DNA of 64,000 bases from Patescibacteria group bacterium (GCA_042570545.1 JBHPGJ010000004.1:2223-66222), one strand, 5' to 3'. Shown: positions 27,082 through 37,075, counted from the stretch's first letter. Numbers and translations: made by a program. The notes: a model not told the origin generated them from the sequence alone.

Positions 27082-28018
27082 TACGACTGGCCGGGTTTTT
27101 ATTTATTTCTTCTTGTTTTGGTATTTGTGGTTTTTTGGTAAGTATTTTTAATCTGGCCTCATGATCACAAACGCACTTTGGCAGACTTGGTGGACAGATA
27201 CAATCTTTACTTTCAGCTTTAAAATATTTTTTAACGATTCTATCCTCAAGAGAGTGATAACTTATCACTACCAAGCGGCTACCGACGCCCATTATAGAGG
27301 TGAGACTTTTTAAGCCACCATCTAATTCCCCTAACTCATCATTGACAGCGATACGCAGTGCTTGAAAAATTTTTGTGGCGGGATGTCTTCCGCCAATCCA
27401 TGGTTGCCGTGATTTGGTCTTTAGCTTTTTTTTATACACCCCGTCTATTATCTCGGTTAATTGTTTGGTTCTGTTAATCGGCTCTAGCTTTCTAGCAACA
27501 ACTATCTGGCGGGCGATAGGGACGGCTTGACGTTCTTCACCGTAGTCTTTAAATATTTTTATTAATGTGGCAAGGGACGATTTATTTATAATTAGCTCGG
27601 CTGTTTTTTCAGATGATGAATCAAACCGCATATCAAGCGGTTCATCTTTTAGAAAGGTAAATCCTCTCCCGGTAAAACGGAGCTGATCCAGTGAGAGGCC
27701 AAGGTCCAATAATGCTCCGCTAAAATTAATAGTATTAAATAGTTCATCATTTTTTATTATTTGTTTTACTTCAGAATATTTTTTTTGAAATAAATATACC
27801 CGAGATCTATATTGATGTAATTTTTGTTCAGCTAATCTTACTGCGCCATGATCACGATCGAACCCTAATAATATCCCTCGCGGTTTAGTAAGCCTCAGTA
27901 ATTCTTCGGCGTGTCCTCCACCTCCAACTGTTGCGTCAATATAATTTTTGTCCGTTGCCGGCTTCAACCAGCCCAATACTTCCGACACCATTACCGGTGT
28001 GTGGCTACTGTTGGACAT
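27050..28018 (-). CDS. rsmH: 16S rRNA m4C1402 methyltransferase
   Basis: HTPVM, DATVGGGGH, LDMR, FQALRIAVN, HSLEDR, NP.SRSAKLR. Confidence 0.97.
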   Translation of the reverse strand: MSNSSHTPVMVSEVLGWLKPATDKNYIDATVGGGGHAEELLRLTKPRGILLGFDRDHGAVRLAEQKLHQYRSRVYLFQKKYSEVKQIIKNDELFNTINFSGALLDLGLSLDQLRFTGRGFTFLKDEPLDMRFDSSSEKTAELIINKSSLATLIKIFKDYGEERQAVPIARQIVVARKLEPINRTKQLTEIIDGVYKKKLKTKSRQPWIGGRHPATKIFQALRIAVNDELGELDGGLKSLTSIMGVGSRLVVISYHSLEDRIVKKYFKAESKDCICPPSLPKCVCDHEARLKILTKKPQIPKQEEINKNPASRSAKLRCAEII

Positions 28019-28030
28019 TTTTAAAACGAT

Positions 28031-28462
28031 CTAAACGCTTAACTCATCTAACGCTTCAGCAATATCACTTGAACTTTTTTCACTATCACCCTTGTATTGC
28101 TCCCAGCTGGTGGCGTCCCAGATCTCCAACCGGTCGGAAACTCCAGCTATTATGGTTTTCTTTTTTAATTCAGCGTAACTTCGAAGGTAATCCGGCAGAA
28201 TGATTCTGCCCTGTTTGTCTAATTCAACTTCCATCGCCCCGGTTAACATTAACCTGGCAAAAGCTCTGGTATTTGATTTGGATATAGGTAATTTTGATAT
28301 TTTATCTGCTAATTCTTCCCAAGCTTCTTTTGTATACAGTGATAGACAATTATCAATACCGCGCGTTACCACCGCTCCTTTAGCAAAAGCTGGCCGAAAC
28401 CTAACCGGTACGGCGATTCGACCCTTTTGATCAAGCGAATGATGATATTCTCCAATAAACAT
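28031..28462 (-). CDS. mraZ: Division/cell wall cluster transcriptional repressor
   Basis: MFIGEY...DQKGR, DKQGRI, EIW. Confidence 0.97.
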   Translation of the reverse strand: MFIGEYHHSLDQKGRIAVPVRFRPAFAKGAVVTRGIDNCLSLYTKEAWEELADKISKLPISKSNTRAFARLMLTGAMEVELDKQGRIILPDYLRSYAELKKKTIIAGVSDRLEIWDATSWEQYKGDSEKSSSDIAEALDELSV

Positions 28463-28496
28463 TTAATATTACAGAAATTTATTTGTTTAACATTGT

Positions 28497-28567
28497 TTAT
28501 CCACCGATTCATATGTTTTTCCCCACTTTTATCCACAAATCACCTTACATAACCATTTTATACCACA
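28497..28567 (-). promoter_or_regulatory. MraZ operator-like GTGG-N6 repeats
   Basis: GTGGtataaaATGGttatgtAAGGtgatttGTGGataaaaGTGG with 10-bp period upstream of mraZ. Confidence 0.65.
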
Positions 28568-28650
28568 ATAGACCTTATGTCAAGAAAATTGTGTAGTATA
28601 TTTACCACCCATTTCATTACTTATGAGTTATCCACATAATAATATTGACT

Positions 28651-28666
28651 TTCGGTTTTTATTCGG
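28651..28666 (+). promoter_or_regulatory. Putative LexA box TTCGG-N6-TTCGG inside the lexA promoter
   Basis: Lies between TTGACT (-35) and TATAAT (-10); repeated upstream of the next gene. Confidence 0.8.
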
Positions 28667-28680
28667 TATATAATTTCTAC

Positions 28681-29295
28681 ATGGCTCCAATATTACCCAA
28701 AAAGAAAAAAGAGTTACTCGCCTTTTTAAAGGATTATATTAATAACAATGGTTATGCTCCTACTCTAACTGAGATAGCCAAACATTATGGCCTATCCTCA
28801 TTAGCTACGGTGCATGAACATTTATCTTTCTTGGAGCAACGCGGATTTATAAAAAGAGATAAAAGCCAAGCCAGGGGTATATCGGTTAAAGAAAATTTGG
28901 TAGAGAAAAAAAATATTGGCGGAGTACCATTGCCCCTACTCGGTACGATTACTGCTGGCGCGCCAATTGAAGCAATTGAAGATCGTCAAGACAATATTAC
29001 TGTTCCACAAGAAGTACTTGGCAACAAAGAATCATATTTACTTAAAGTTAAGGGAGACTCAATGATAGAAAGTAATATATCTGATGGTGATTACGTTATT
29101 GTTGAAAAGACCAGCACTGCCAAGAATGGTGAAATGATAGTTGCTCTGCTTGACGATGGTTCAGCAACACTGAAAAAATTCTACAAGCAGAAAAGTAATA
29201 TTAAATTACAACCAGCCAATAAAAATTATAATCCACTAATTGTACCCAACGTTGCTATCCAGGGTCGGGTTTTGGGAATAATTAGAAAGTACTAA
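28681..29295 (+). CDS. lexA: LexA repressor (ATG start at 28681)
   Basis: GYAPT..EI, TVHEHL, AG.P cleavage site, GDSM, TLKK. Confidence 0.96.
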   Translation: MAPILPKKKKELLAFLKDYINNNGYAPTLTEIAKHYGLSSLATVHEHLSFLEQRGFIKRDKSQARGISVKENLVEKKNIGGVPLPLLGTITAGAPIEAIEDRQDNITVPQEVLGNKESYLLKVKGDSMIESNISDGDYVIVEKTSTAKNGEMIVALLDDGSATLKKFYKQKSNIKLQPANKNYNPLIVPNVAIQGRVLGIIRKY

Positions 29296-29312
29296 ATTTT
29301 TTAATTATCAAC

Positions 29313-29328
29313 TTCGGTTATTATTCGG
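29313..29328 (+). promoter_or_regulatory. Second putative LexA box
   Basis: TTCGGttattaTTCGG 2 nt before the ATG at 29331. Confidence 0.8.
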
Positions 29329-29330
29329 TC

Positions 29331-30455
29331 ATGAATAAAAGTAAAATAATTCACTTATCAATTGACTGTTTCTTCGCCTCGGTGGAACAAGCTGAGCACC
29401 AGGATTTGACCGACCGGCCGGTGGCGGTGATTGATGTCAACAATAGATTTATTGTAAGTCTCAGTCCACAAGCCAGGACTCTTGGTCTTCGTAAAAACAT
29501 GTTATTATCAGCGGCCATAAAAAAATCCCCCACAACCAGATATTTGCGTGGTGATATAGCTCTGTACCAAAAATATTCTGAAATATTTTATAAAATACTT
29601 TATTCATATACTGACAATATCGAGCCGCTTACCTTAGATCAGGCCTACATTGACATGGGCGATGTTACTATCAAGCAATGTCAGCAAATGGTTAATTCCA
29701 TCCGCCAAAAATTTCAAACACAACTAAACTTAACTGCCAGATTCGGCATAGCTCAAAATAAGATAACAGCTTACATTGCCTGCCATAGCCAGAAACCAAA
29801 CGGTAATACATATGTAAACTTCGGACAAGAGAAAAAGTTTCTAAATAGTCTAGACATTTCTAATTTACCGGGAATCGGAATCCGTACTCGCCGAGCGCTG
29901 CAAGGTTATGGCATAAAGACTCTTCGTCAGTTAGCCTTGGCGCCTGATAATTTTTTAAAAGATGAATTTGGTTCTCCCGGTTTGAGATTAAAAAATTTAG
30001 CTGGCGGTAATGACAATAGACCTATTCAAAAAATAAATCGAACCAAAACCATATCAAGACTACAGACAATAAAACCTACACGTAATATTTGGCAAATTTA
30101 TTCAGTGATTAACGATCTGTGCCTACAATTATCTCATCAGTTGAATAATCAATCTCGTCAAACTACTAAAATATCCCTAGTTCTATATTTCAACGATAAG
30201 GCTAAAAGACAATCTATTAAAATTCCATTTCCAATACATAACAAACAAGATATTGAAAAATATGCATTGAAAATACTAACCCAACAATTAATAAATGGAA
30301 ATAATATAACCAAGGTTGAAATAAAGCTATTAGAACTAACAGCTAATATAAAGGAAAATTATTTTTTTAATAACACACTTTCTTCGATTCAAAACATACA
30401 GCATTCAATGTCGTTATTGTATCACCGCTTTGGTTGGCGCTCGCCGGTTATTTAA
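29331..30455 (+). CDS. Y-family DNA polymerase (DinB-like), catalytic residues degenerate
   Basis: IIHLSIDCFFASVE, TLDQAYID, KPNG, LPGIG; downstream of lexA. Confidence 0.85.
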   Translation: MNKSKIIHLSIDCFFASVEQAEHQDLTDRPVAVIDVNNRFIVSLSPQARTLGLRKNMLLSAAIKKSPTTRYLRGDIALYQKYSEIFYKILYSYTDNIEPLTLDQAYIDMGDVTIKQCQQMVNSIRQKFQTQLNLTARFGIAQNKITAYIACHSQKPNGNTYVNFGQEKKFLNSLDISNLPGIGIRTRRALQGYGIKTLRQLALAPDNFLKDEFGSPGLRLKNLAGGNDNRPIQKINRTKTISRLQTIKPTRNIWQIYSVINDLCLQLSHQLNNQSRQTTKISLVLYFNDKAKRQSIKIPFPIHNKQDIEKYALKILTQQLINGNNITKVEIKLLELTANIKENYFFNNTLSSIQNIQHSMSLLYHRFGWRSPVI

Positions 30456-30870
30456 TTATTTTTGCTCTTTTCTTTTTAGATTTTGTTAAATGTGGTGGAC
30501 GGCCATAATATGGCACAATAGAAACACCTATTTTTTTATTTTTCAACATTTTTTCTGCTTTTAAAATAAAATCCTTAAAATTATCTACTCTGTCACTTCT
30601 TATTGATATTATTGGTATTTTTAATAATAACGCTAGGGTGTTGGCAGTAACTATGCCTACTCTTACTGATGTAAACGGGCCCGGTCCATTTACTACGGCT
30701 ATGCCAGAAATATTCTGAAAATTTTTATTCTGTTTCTCAATAATCTTTACTATGTTCGGCAGCAACAGTTTTGTGCTAATTGCATTATCAGTTAATCTAA
30801 CAATTTTTTTTACTGAACCAAACTTCAATAAAATACGGTCCGGTTTAGTTGTATCAATAAAAAGATTCAC
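30448..30870 (-). CDS. tsaB: tRNA t6A biosynthesis protein TsaB (short form)
   Basis: LFIDT, GPGPFTSVRVG, P.YGR. Confidence 0.85.
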   Translation of the reverse strand: MNLFIDTTKPDRILLKFGSVKKIVRLTDNAISTKLLLPNIVKIIEKQNKNFQNISGIAVVNGPGPFTSVRVGIVTANTLALLLKIPIISIRSDRVDNFKDFILKAEKMLKNKKIGVSIVPYYGRPPHLTKSKKKRAKIIK

Positions 30871-32042
30871 TATAAATATAGATTTATTAATTGCCGAGCT
30901 ATTTTGGTTATATTCATTTGTAATGCTTTTTTAGGCGATACCCAGCAATAATCAGTGTGTTCCCAATTTAATCCTATACCTGTCCTTTTAGAATCAATAA
31001 TAAATAGAGTAAGAACCCAATTAATATCAAATTTTTTGTTATGTATTTTTTGATCATTTATTTCTTTAATAATCTTTAAGTATTTTCTGCTCAATCCCAC
31101 TTCCTGCTTTATTTCTTCATATATTTGATTATCCGGCTTTGTTTTTTGGTCTAGAAATCCTCCGACCATAGACCACTTGCCTCGATCGGAAAACACTTCA
31201 TAACTTCTTTTCATTAATAAAATGTTTTTTTTGTGCCGTATAATAGAAATTACGCCCGGTATTTTATCTCGACCAACTGTATACTTAGCAAACTCTGTCA
31301 CATCGCGCACCAGGCGTTGGCCGCCTTTACCGATCGGAAAATTATGTCCCACGCCTCGATAAATATTGATTTTTTTAAACTCACTATCACAGTATTTATA
31401 TAATTGTTGACTGTCATCCATGGGTATCCACCGATCTTTACTACCATGAATGATTAAGGTTGGTACTCTTATCTTCTTGGCTGACAAAAAAATATTGTGA
31501 TTTTTAAAATCATTAAAAAATTTCTTTGAGAGTTTATAGACGCCCCCTCCATGAGGGTTTGGAATGTTTACAGTTGATTTACTTTTTAGCTCATCCAGAT
31601 ACTCTTTAAAATAATTATTATGAGTTTTGTCCAATTTTGCTATGGGTGCGATAGCAATTAAACTATTTATAAACTGTTTTTCCTTAGCGGCTGCCAATAA
31701 AACTACTGCGCCACCCATACTATGGCCAATCACCGCTACCCTTCTTACTCCCCTTGTTCGTAAATATTTTACAGCGTCGATCGTTTCGTTAATTTGTTTT
31801 GTATAAGTTAAATCTTGAAACCTGCCGTCTGACTGCATATTACCCCCAAAGTCAAAACGCAGCGCCCACAGCCCTGACCGGGCTAATTGATAGCCCAGTT
31901 GTGGTATGAAATTGAAATCTTTACCACCTTGCATACCATGGCATAAAATAACTCCGCCGGTTGATTTTTTTATTGGCTGATGCAACACGCCAGCTAATTT
32001 CTCACCGTATCTATTCTTAAATTTAACTAGGCTGGTTTTCAT
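30870..32042 (-). CDS. Alpha/beta hydrolase fused to a C-terminal NUDIX-like domain
   Basis: CHG, GHSMGG, IHGSKD, GH; then LLMKRS..W...GG, LNWEH...W. Confidence 0.8.
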   Translation of the reverse strand: MKTSLVKFKNRYGEKLAGVLHQPIKKSTGGVILCHGMQGGKDFNFIPQLGYQLARSGLWALRFDFGGNMQSDGRFQDLTYTKQINETIDAVKYLRTRGVRRVAVIGHSMGGAVVLLAAAKEKQFINSLIAIAPIAKLDKTHNNYFKEYLDELKSKSTVNIPNPHGGGVYKLSKKFFNDFKNHNIFLSAKKIRVPTLIIHGSKDRWIPMDDSQQLYKYCDSEFKKINIYRGVGHNFPIGKGGQRLVRDVTEFAKYTVGRDKIPGVISIIRHKKNILLMKRSYEVFSDRGKWSMVGGFLDQKTKPDNQIYEEIKQEVGLSRKYLKIIKEINDQKIHNKKFDINWVLTLFIIDSKRTGIGLNWEHTDYCWVSPKKALQMNITKIARQLINLYL

Positions 32043-32958
32043 TACTGTATTTATCTTTTATTCTTTGATTCAATATGGTCACTCTGGCAATGGCTAACAG
32101 CAACACAGCGCCCCCAATTAATTGCATTGGCACCAATGATTGCTCTAAAATTATCCAGTTTATTATCACGGCTGATAAGGGCCAGGTAAGCTCAGCAATT
32201 GTGGCAACCGATGCTTTTGTTTTAGCCAGTCCACGATAGTAAATCAATAATGCAAAAGTACCCGGTATTAATACTATTAATAATAATTTAATAAATTGAT
32301 CTGAGGTAAGCTGACCAATTAAATTTGTATTGCCCTGCCATAATAATATGGCAAATAGGGCTACGGCTCCGCCACCTAGTCGTAAGGCTGTTAACTGATA
32401 ATATGATATTCGTTTCAGAACTATTCGGCCAAAGACAGTTGAGCCACCCCAGAAAAATGCCGCGATCAAGGCATAGAATATTCCTATAGCGCCCCCCTCA
32501 TAAATACTTAGGTTGGGAAGAATATCTGGAAATGATACCAAATAAGCACCGCCGATAGCTAAGAACGCCCACCACCAGAAATTTTTTGGCATTTTCTCAT
32601 GAAGAAAAATAGTGGCCAGCATAATCGCTATCAGTGGTTGCGTTTTCTGTAATAAAATAGCCACTGAAGGTGATACATGCGAAAATGATGCTGTAAAAGC
32701 TAGGGTGGCTATTACCGATCCGCCAATAGTTATAAAAAGAAAAGCCCCCCATTCTTTTACTGACAATCTTTTTAATAATTTTACAGCCTTCCAAATAAGT
32801 GGCAGTAAAATTAGTGCACCTAAAGCATGCTCGGCAAATACTATCATAGTTGCAGATATTTGCTCAGTAAGTGGAAATCGAAATACCGTATCAGTGCTCC
32901 ATAATATAGCCGCAATAATTATAAACACTGGGCCAGCTATAGAAATATATTTTTTCAC
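32023..32958 (-). CDS. EamA/DMT family transporter
   Basis: 10 TM in two repeats; AAILWS, LQKTQP, LHEK. Confidence 0.88.
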   Translation of the reverse strand: MKKYISIAGPVFIIIAAILWSTDTVFRFPLTEQISATMIVFAEHALGALILLPLIWKAVKLLKRLSVKEWGAFLFITIGGSVIATLAFTASFSHVSPSVAILLQKTQPLIAIMLATIFLHEKMPKNFWWWAFLAIGGAYLVSFPDILPNLSIYEGGAIGIFYALIAAFFWGGSTVFGRIVLKRISYYQLTALRLGGGAVALFAILLWQGNTNLIGQLTSDQFIKLLLIVLIPGTFALLIYYRGLAKTKASVATIAELTWPLSAVIINWIILEQSLVPMQLIGGAVLLLAIARVTILNQRIKDKYSNENQPS

Positions 32959-33521
32959 AACTTTAATCCAAACTTATTTAATAATATTATATTGGGGTGA
33001 TCCAATATTGCTATGAGAAATCTATCTGTCAAATTATGACGATACTGAAATTCAGCTTTTGACATAGTGGTGTATGATATTTCATGGTCTACGTCTTTTT
33101 GTACCGCTGATATCATTCTTTTTACCCGGCCTTTATTTACGGTACCAACGATTAATAAGTCGGTCAGTGTGTGTGTTTGTGAAGTAAAAAAACCAGTCAA
33201 AATCAAAGCCTGTAATCCTTTTAGTTTTGATAGTTTCTGCAGGGCTGAGCGTTCATGAAATAATTGTGCTTTAAAGAATAAATCTTTCAACTCTTTAAGG
33301 ATTGGGAATTTACTGTCAATTTTATAATATTTCTTTGTTCCAGCGCCCTCGCTTATCAGCAGTCCAACCTGAATTAAGTTGTTGAGTTCGCGGCGGACAG
33401 AGTGTATGTGTCCACCAATTGATCGAGTCAGCTCCCGAGTATAATAAGACTGTTCCGGATTATTTAGAAATAGTCGGAGAAGTTTGACGCGTGTTCTTGA
33501 GCTAAATAGTTGTTCAAGCAT
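32955..33521 (-). CDS. Winged-helix protein with a degenerate nucleotidyltransferase-like C-terminal domain
   Basis: LFSSRTRVKLL, Y.REL.R, SVRRELNNL; L.G.F...TDLLIVG. Confidence 0.65.
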   Translation of the reverse strand: MLEQLFSSRTRVKLLRLFLNNPEQSYYTRELTRSIGGHIHSVRRELNNLIQVGLLISEGAGTKKYYKIDSKFPILKELKDLFFKAQLFHERSALQKLSKLKGLQALILTGFFTSQTHTLTDLLIVGTVNKGRVKRMISAVQKDVDHEISYTTMSKAEFQYRHNLTDRFLIAILDHPNIILLNKFGLKL

Positions 33522-33633
33522 ATAAGTCTATCTAACTAGCTTAGTATAGCTGATAGTGAAACCAAGTGACAAGGGTTAATTGTAATTTTAGCTCATTTTT
33601 AATACAATTAGATAGCTATCACTATACACTCAC

Positions 33634-35874
33634 ATGACAAATGACAACAATGAACTGAGTTTGGCCGCCGATAAACTAATCTTATCGGACCCAACTTATT
33701 CTCGCCGTACTATACACGCTGAGATAAGTACGCCTTCAGCAAAAGATGAGCGCATCTTGGGAAGGTTGTTTTTTGTCTTAGAAATTGAAAATACTAACGA
33801 CGATAATACCACTTTATTTCACGACTTCCAAACTTCTATAACTAACGCTTATTATCGCAACCGAGAGGGTTCGATAGAATTATCATTCGAACGAGCAGTA
33901 CAAGAAGGCAACAACATCATCAGAAGACATTTGACCGAAATAAATAAAGATATTATAAATAATTTTAATGGTTTAGTGGCTGTCATCCATGAAAATGAAT
34001 TACATCTAACATCTGTCGGCAATATCAATGCTTTCTTGTCTCGGGGTTCTCGTATTATGGAGATTATCGACCACCCAGAAAGTGAAAAAGTAAATCCAGT
34101 AAAATTTTTTTCACACTTAGTATCTGGCGAAGTTCAAGTTGGCGATAGAATATTATTCAGCACTGCCAGCATACTTGATTACCTATCCCAAGAAAAAATT
34201 CGACAAATAATAAGCGGTACTACGACAGCTAATGCAATTTTTACTCTGGAATCATTATTAAAAGACAGCCTACATCAGTCTTCGTTTGCCGCTATTATAG
34301 TCGGCTTACAAACTGGACAACAGCTAGCGAGGCCTCAGCCTACCTCGCCGGCCAAGCCACTTATGGCTCAATCATCTATTGACGAACTTAATGCCAAATC
34401 ACGATATACATCTGAACTCCTGCGACCATCAGTTAGGCCCAAAATAAGAGAATGGCTTGCTAATACCGGCTCATCAGTTGCCAGCTTCGCTCGCACACGA
34501 TTACTTCGCAAACCGCCAAAACGACGACTTGAGCAAGTTGGTCAACCAATACAAGGAGATGCCTTACAATCTCATCGTGACCGACGAACAAAATTATTAA
34601 TTATCTTTAAAAAATTCTTTCAAATTGTATATCAAGGCATTGTTGGTACTTTTCAAGTTATTGTAAGAATTTTTCGACGGCCAAAGTCAGTAAAAGAGAG
34701 AATAGAGGAGCTGCCCGTCTCAACCAGCGACCAAATTAACAAATCAGTCTTATCATTTAACAGACTAAACCGCACCCAAAAAAGACTATTGCTTAGTGTG
34801 CTGATATTAATTTTTATCTTCTCTATTAGTGTTGTATGGCGCGGTGCGTCGCAAGAGGGTAAATTAAGTGACGAACAAAAAGTCAATCTTCAAAATACTA
34901 TTGAAGATAAACTTTTCACTGCATCATCGGCTATAACATATGGTGATGAAGCTGGCGCCATTGCTCTTTTGGATGAGGTAGCTACTCTAGTTGAAGATTA
35001 CCCCGATCGCAATAAAGAGGATAGCAATCAGCGCCAGTCATGGTTAGCTACTATTAACAGTGAACGAGAAAAGACAAAACACATCACTACCATTGAGTCG
35101 CCGCAGATAATCAGTGACCTGACAGCTGCTCAAATAAGCACACCAATACAAGATATGGTTTACCAAGATGGTAATATTTTTACTGCCAATAATGACATGC
35201 TGATTATGGTTTCACCTGAAGGTACTTTGGAAACATTCGACATACCTGAGCACGAAGGCGCAATATCACAATTGAGTTCTATAGGCTTAAATATTGTATT
35301 ACTACTGACCGATCAGGGTCAAATTATTGAATATAATACTATTGCTAAAGATTTTGATACCTATGATGTACCATTTGCAAATCAAGATAGACTAATAACC
35401 GATTTCTCCACTTATGAGAATCGAGTATACTTCTTAGATACAAAGAATAACCAAATCTTTAGGCATCCTCGAGGAGCAGCTGGTTATGGTGATGGCTCGG
35501 CTTGGTTAAGTGATGCTGATTTTTCTGTCAGCGAAGCTCAAGCAATAATGGTTGATGGCAATGTATATGTGATCAATCGACAAGGAATTATTACAGAATT
35601 GTTCCAGGGTCAAGCTCAGGATTTTTCTTTATCGATTGTTGATCCAGCCTTAGAGCACTCAAGTGCATTTTGGACTGATGTAGGGTCAAATTTCATTTAT
35701 TTATTAGATCCAGTTGGTAATAGATTAGTTATATTCACAAAGTCAGGAACCTTAAAAGATCAGTATGTATCACCGGCCTTCAACGGCGTACAATCACTGG
35801 CTGTGGCTGAAGAAAATTCAAACGTCTATATCCTTAACGGCAGTACTATATACCTGGTAGACTTAAATCAATAA
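33634..35874 (+). CDS. Membrane protein: PP2C-like N-terminal domain, TM, C-terminal beta-propeller
   Basis: VG...AFL.RG and GDRILFST; single TM at about aa 385; YFLD/YVI/YLLD blade repeats. Confidence 0.6.
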   Translation: MTNDNNELSLAADKLILSDPTYSRRTIHAEISTPSAKDERILGRLFFVLEIENTNDDNTTLFHDFQTSITNAYYRNREGSIELSFERAVQEGNNIIRRHLTEINKDIINNFNGLVAVIHENELHLTSVGNINAFLSRGSRIMEIIDHPESEKVNPVKFFSHLVSGEVQVGDRILFSTASILDYLSQEKIRQIISGTTTANAIFTLESLLKDSLHQSSFAAIIVGLQTGQQLARPQPTSPAKPLMAQSSIDELNAKSRYTSELLRPSVRPKIREWLANTGSSVASFARTRLLRKPPKRRLEQVGQPIQGDALQSHRDRRTKLLIIFKKFFQIVYQGIVGTFQVIVRIFRRPKSVKERIEELPVSTSDQINKSVLSFNRLNRTQKRLLLSVLILIFIFSISVVWRGASQEGKLSDEQKVNLQNTIEDKLFTASSAITYGDEAGAIALLDEVATLVEDYPDRNKEDSNQRQSWLATINSEREKTKHITTIESPQIISDLTAAQISTPIQDMVYQDGNIFTANNDMLIMVSPEGTLETFDIPEHEGAISQLSSIGLNIVLLLTDQGQIIEYNTIAKDFDTYDVPFANQDRLITDFSTYENRVYFLDTKNNQIFRHPRGAAGYGDGSAWLSDADFSVSEAQAIMVDGNVYVINRQGIITELFQGQAQDFSLSIVDPALEHSSAFWTDVGSNFIYLLDPVGNRLVIFTKSGTLKDQYVSPAFNGVQSLAVAEENSNVYILNGSTIYLVDLNQ

Positions 35875-35884
35875 TGTAATATTC

Positions 35885-35918
35885 AAAAAACACTTCATAT
35901 TTGAGGAAGTGTTTTTTG
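35885..35918. terminator. Bidirectional intrinsic terminator
   Basis: CAAAAAACACTTC...GAAGTGTTTTTTG between convergent genes. Confidence 0.75.
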
Positions 35919-35927
35919 ATTTAAGTG

Positions 35928-36368
35928 TTATTTTAAGATTACTTGGCCACCGGCTTCTTCCAGTTTTTTCTTCATACTTTCAGCATCCTCTTTATTGGCA
36001 CCTTCGACAACAACCTTTGGGGCTGAGTCGACAAGATCCTTGGCTTCCTTTAGACCTTTTTCTGTAATTTCACGGATCACTTTAATTACCGAAATTTTAT
36101 TTGCTCCAGCATCGGTCAACTCTATGTCAAAAGAATCCTTCTCCTCGGTAGCTTCACCACCGGCCTCTCCCCCAGCTACAGCGGCTACTACCGGCGCAGC
36201 TGCGGTAACACCAAACTTATCTTCCAGTATCTTTACTAATTCAGACAAATCCAGCACAGACATTTTTTCTATTTCAGAAACAATTGATTTAAATTTTTCT
36301 GGTACTTTTATATCAACTGATTTTTTATCTTCCTTTTCGTCAGTCGATTCATTATTATCTTCGGTCAT
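35928..36368 (-). CDS. rplL: 50S ribosomal protein L7/L12
   Basis: [32 protein letters not shown]. Confidence 0.97.
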   Translation of the reverse strand: MTEDNNESTDEKEDKKSVDIKVPEKFKSIVSEIEKMSVLDLSELVKILEDKFGVTAAAPVVAAVAGGEAGGEATEEKDSFDIELTDAGANKISVIKVIREITEKGLKEAKDLVDSAPKVVVEGANKEDAESMKKKLEEAGGQVILK

Positions 36369-36387
36369 TTATTTCTCCTTCAAAATG

Positions 36388-36915
36388 TTAATTAGTTTTA
36401 TTATGTATCGCTTTAAGTGCATAAAGTAAATTTCGCATTGTGCCGCTCAGCACGTTAGCCAGTCCGCTTATTGGGGCCTTGATGGTCCAGATAGTCTTGA
36501 TTAGCATATCACTAGCTGAGGGCAGCAGTGCTAATTCGTTAACCTTATCTGTGTTAATAAACTTACCGTTCATAACACCACCGAATAATTCAACTTTTTC
36601 TTCATTAGCTTTAGAAAACTCATGTAATAGTCTAGCCGGAGCCACTTCGTCATTATAGCCAAAGGCCACAGCAATGGTACCGGTGTAATCGTCTAATGGA
36701 ACATCCTCAATCTTTGCCTTCTCCAAGGCTAGTTTTAAAAGTCTTTTTTTTACAACCATTAGATCCACTTTTTCTGCCCGCATTTGGCGACGCAGGGTCA
36801 GCGATTCATTTACCCCAATATCATTTATTGATGAGATTACCATGGTCTTCACTCGCTCAATCTTATTGACGATTGAATCAATTTCTTCTTCTTTTTGTTG
36901 TCTTGTCTTAGCCAT
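36388..36915 (-). CDS. rplJ: 50S ribosomal protein L10 (start MAKTRQQK)
   Basis: K...K, LR..MR, V.KKRL, LA.LPS; upstream of rplL. Confidence 0.93.
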   Translation of the reverse strand: MAKTRQQKEEEIDSIVNKIERVKTMVISSINDIGVNESLTLRRQMRAEKVDLMVVKKRLLKLALEKAKIEDVPLDDYTGTIAVAFGYNDEVAPARLLHEFSKANEEKVELFGGVMNGKFINTDKVNELALLPSASDMLIKTIWTIKAPISGLANVLSGTMRNLLYALKAIHNKTN

Positions 36916-36936
36916 AAAAAAATGACGTTTAGATAA

Positions 36937-37017
36937 CGCCACAGATAACAATTATTTAGTGTTGCCTTGGCAAGGTGGATTATTATATCCTTTGTCGGAC
37001 CCTCGCTGTCTGTGGCG
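36937..37017 (-). promoter_or_regulatory. L10 leader (rplJ autoregulatory RNA)
   Basis: CGCCACAGA/TCTGTGGCG stem enclosing AGACAGCGAGG...TAAT...CCTTGCCAAG directly upstream of rplJ. Confidence 0.75.
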
Positions 37018-37075
37018 AAAATTTGTGTGCTTATGAGACTACATCAGTATGAAATATATGTCAAGCACTAAGTTA

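Noticed and set aside
28645-28680. TTG start of lexA
   Set aside because: This stretch is the promoter and operator; ATG 28681 fits better
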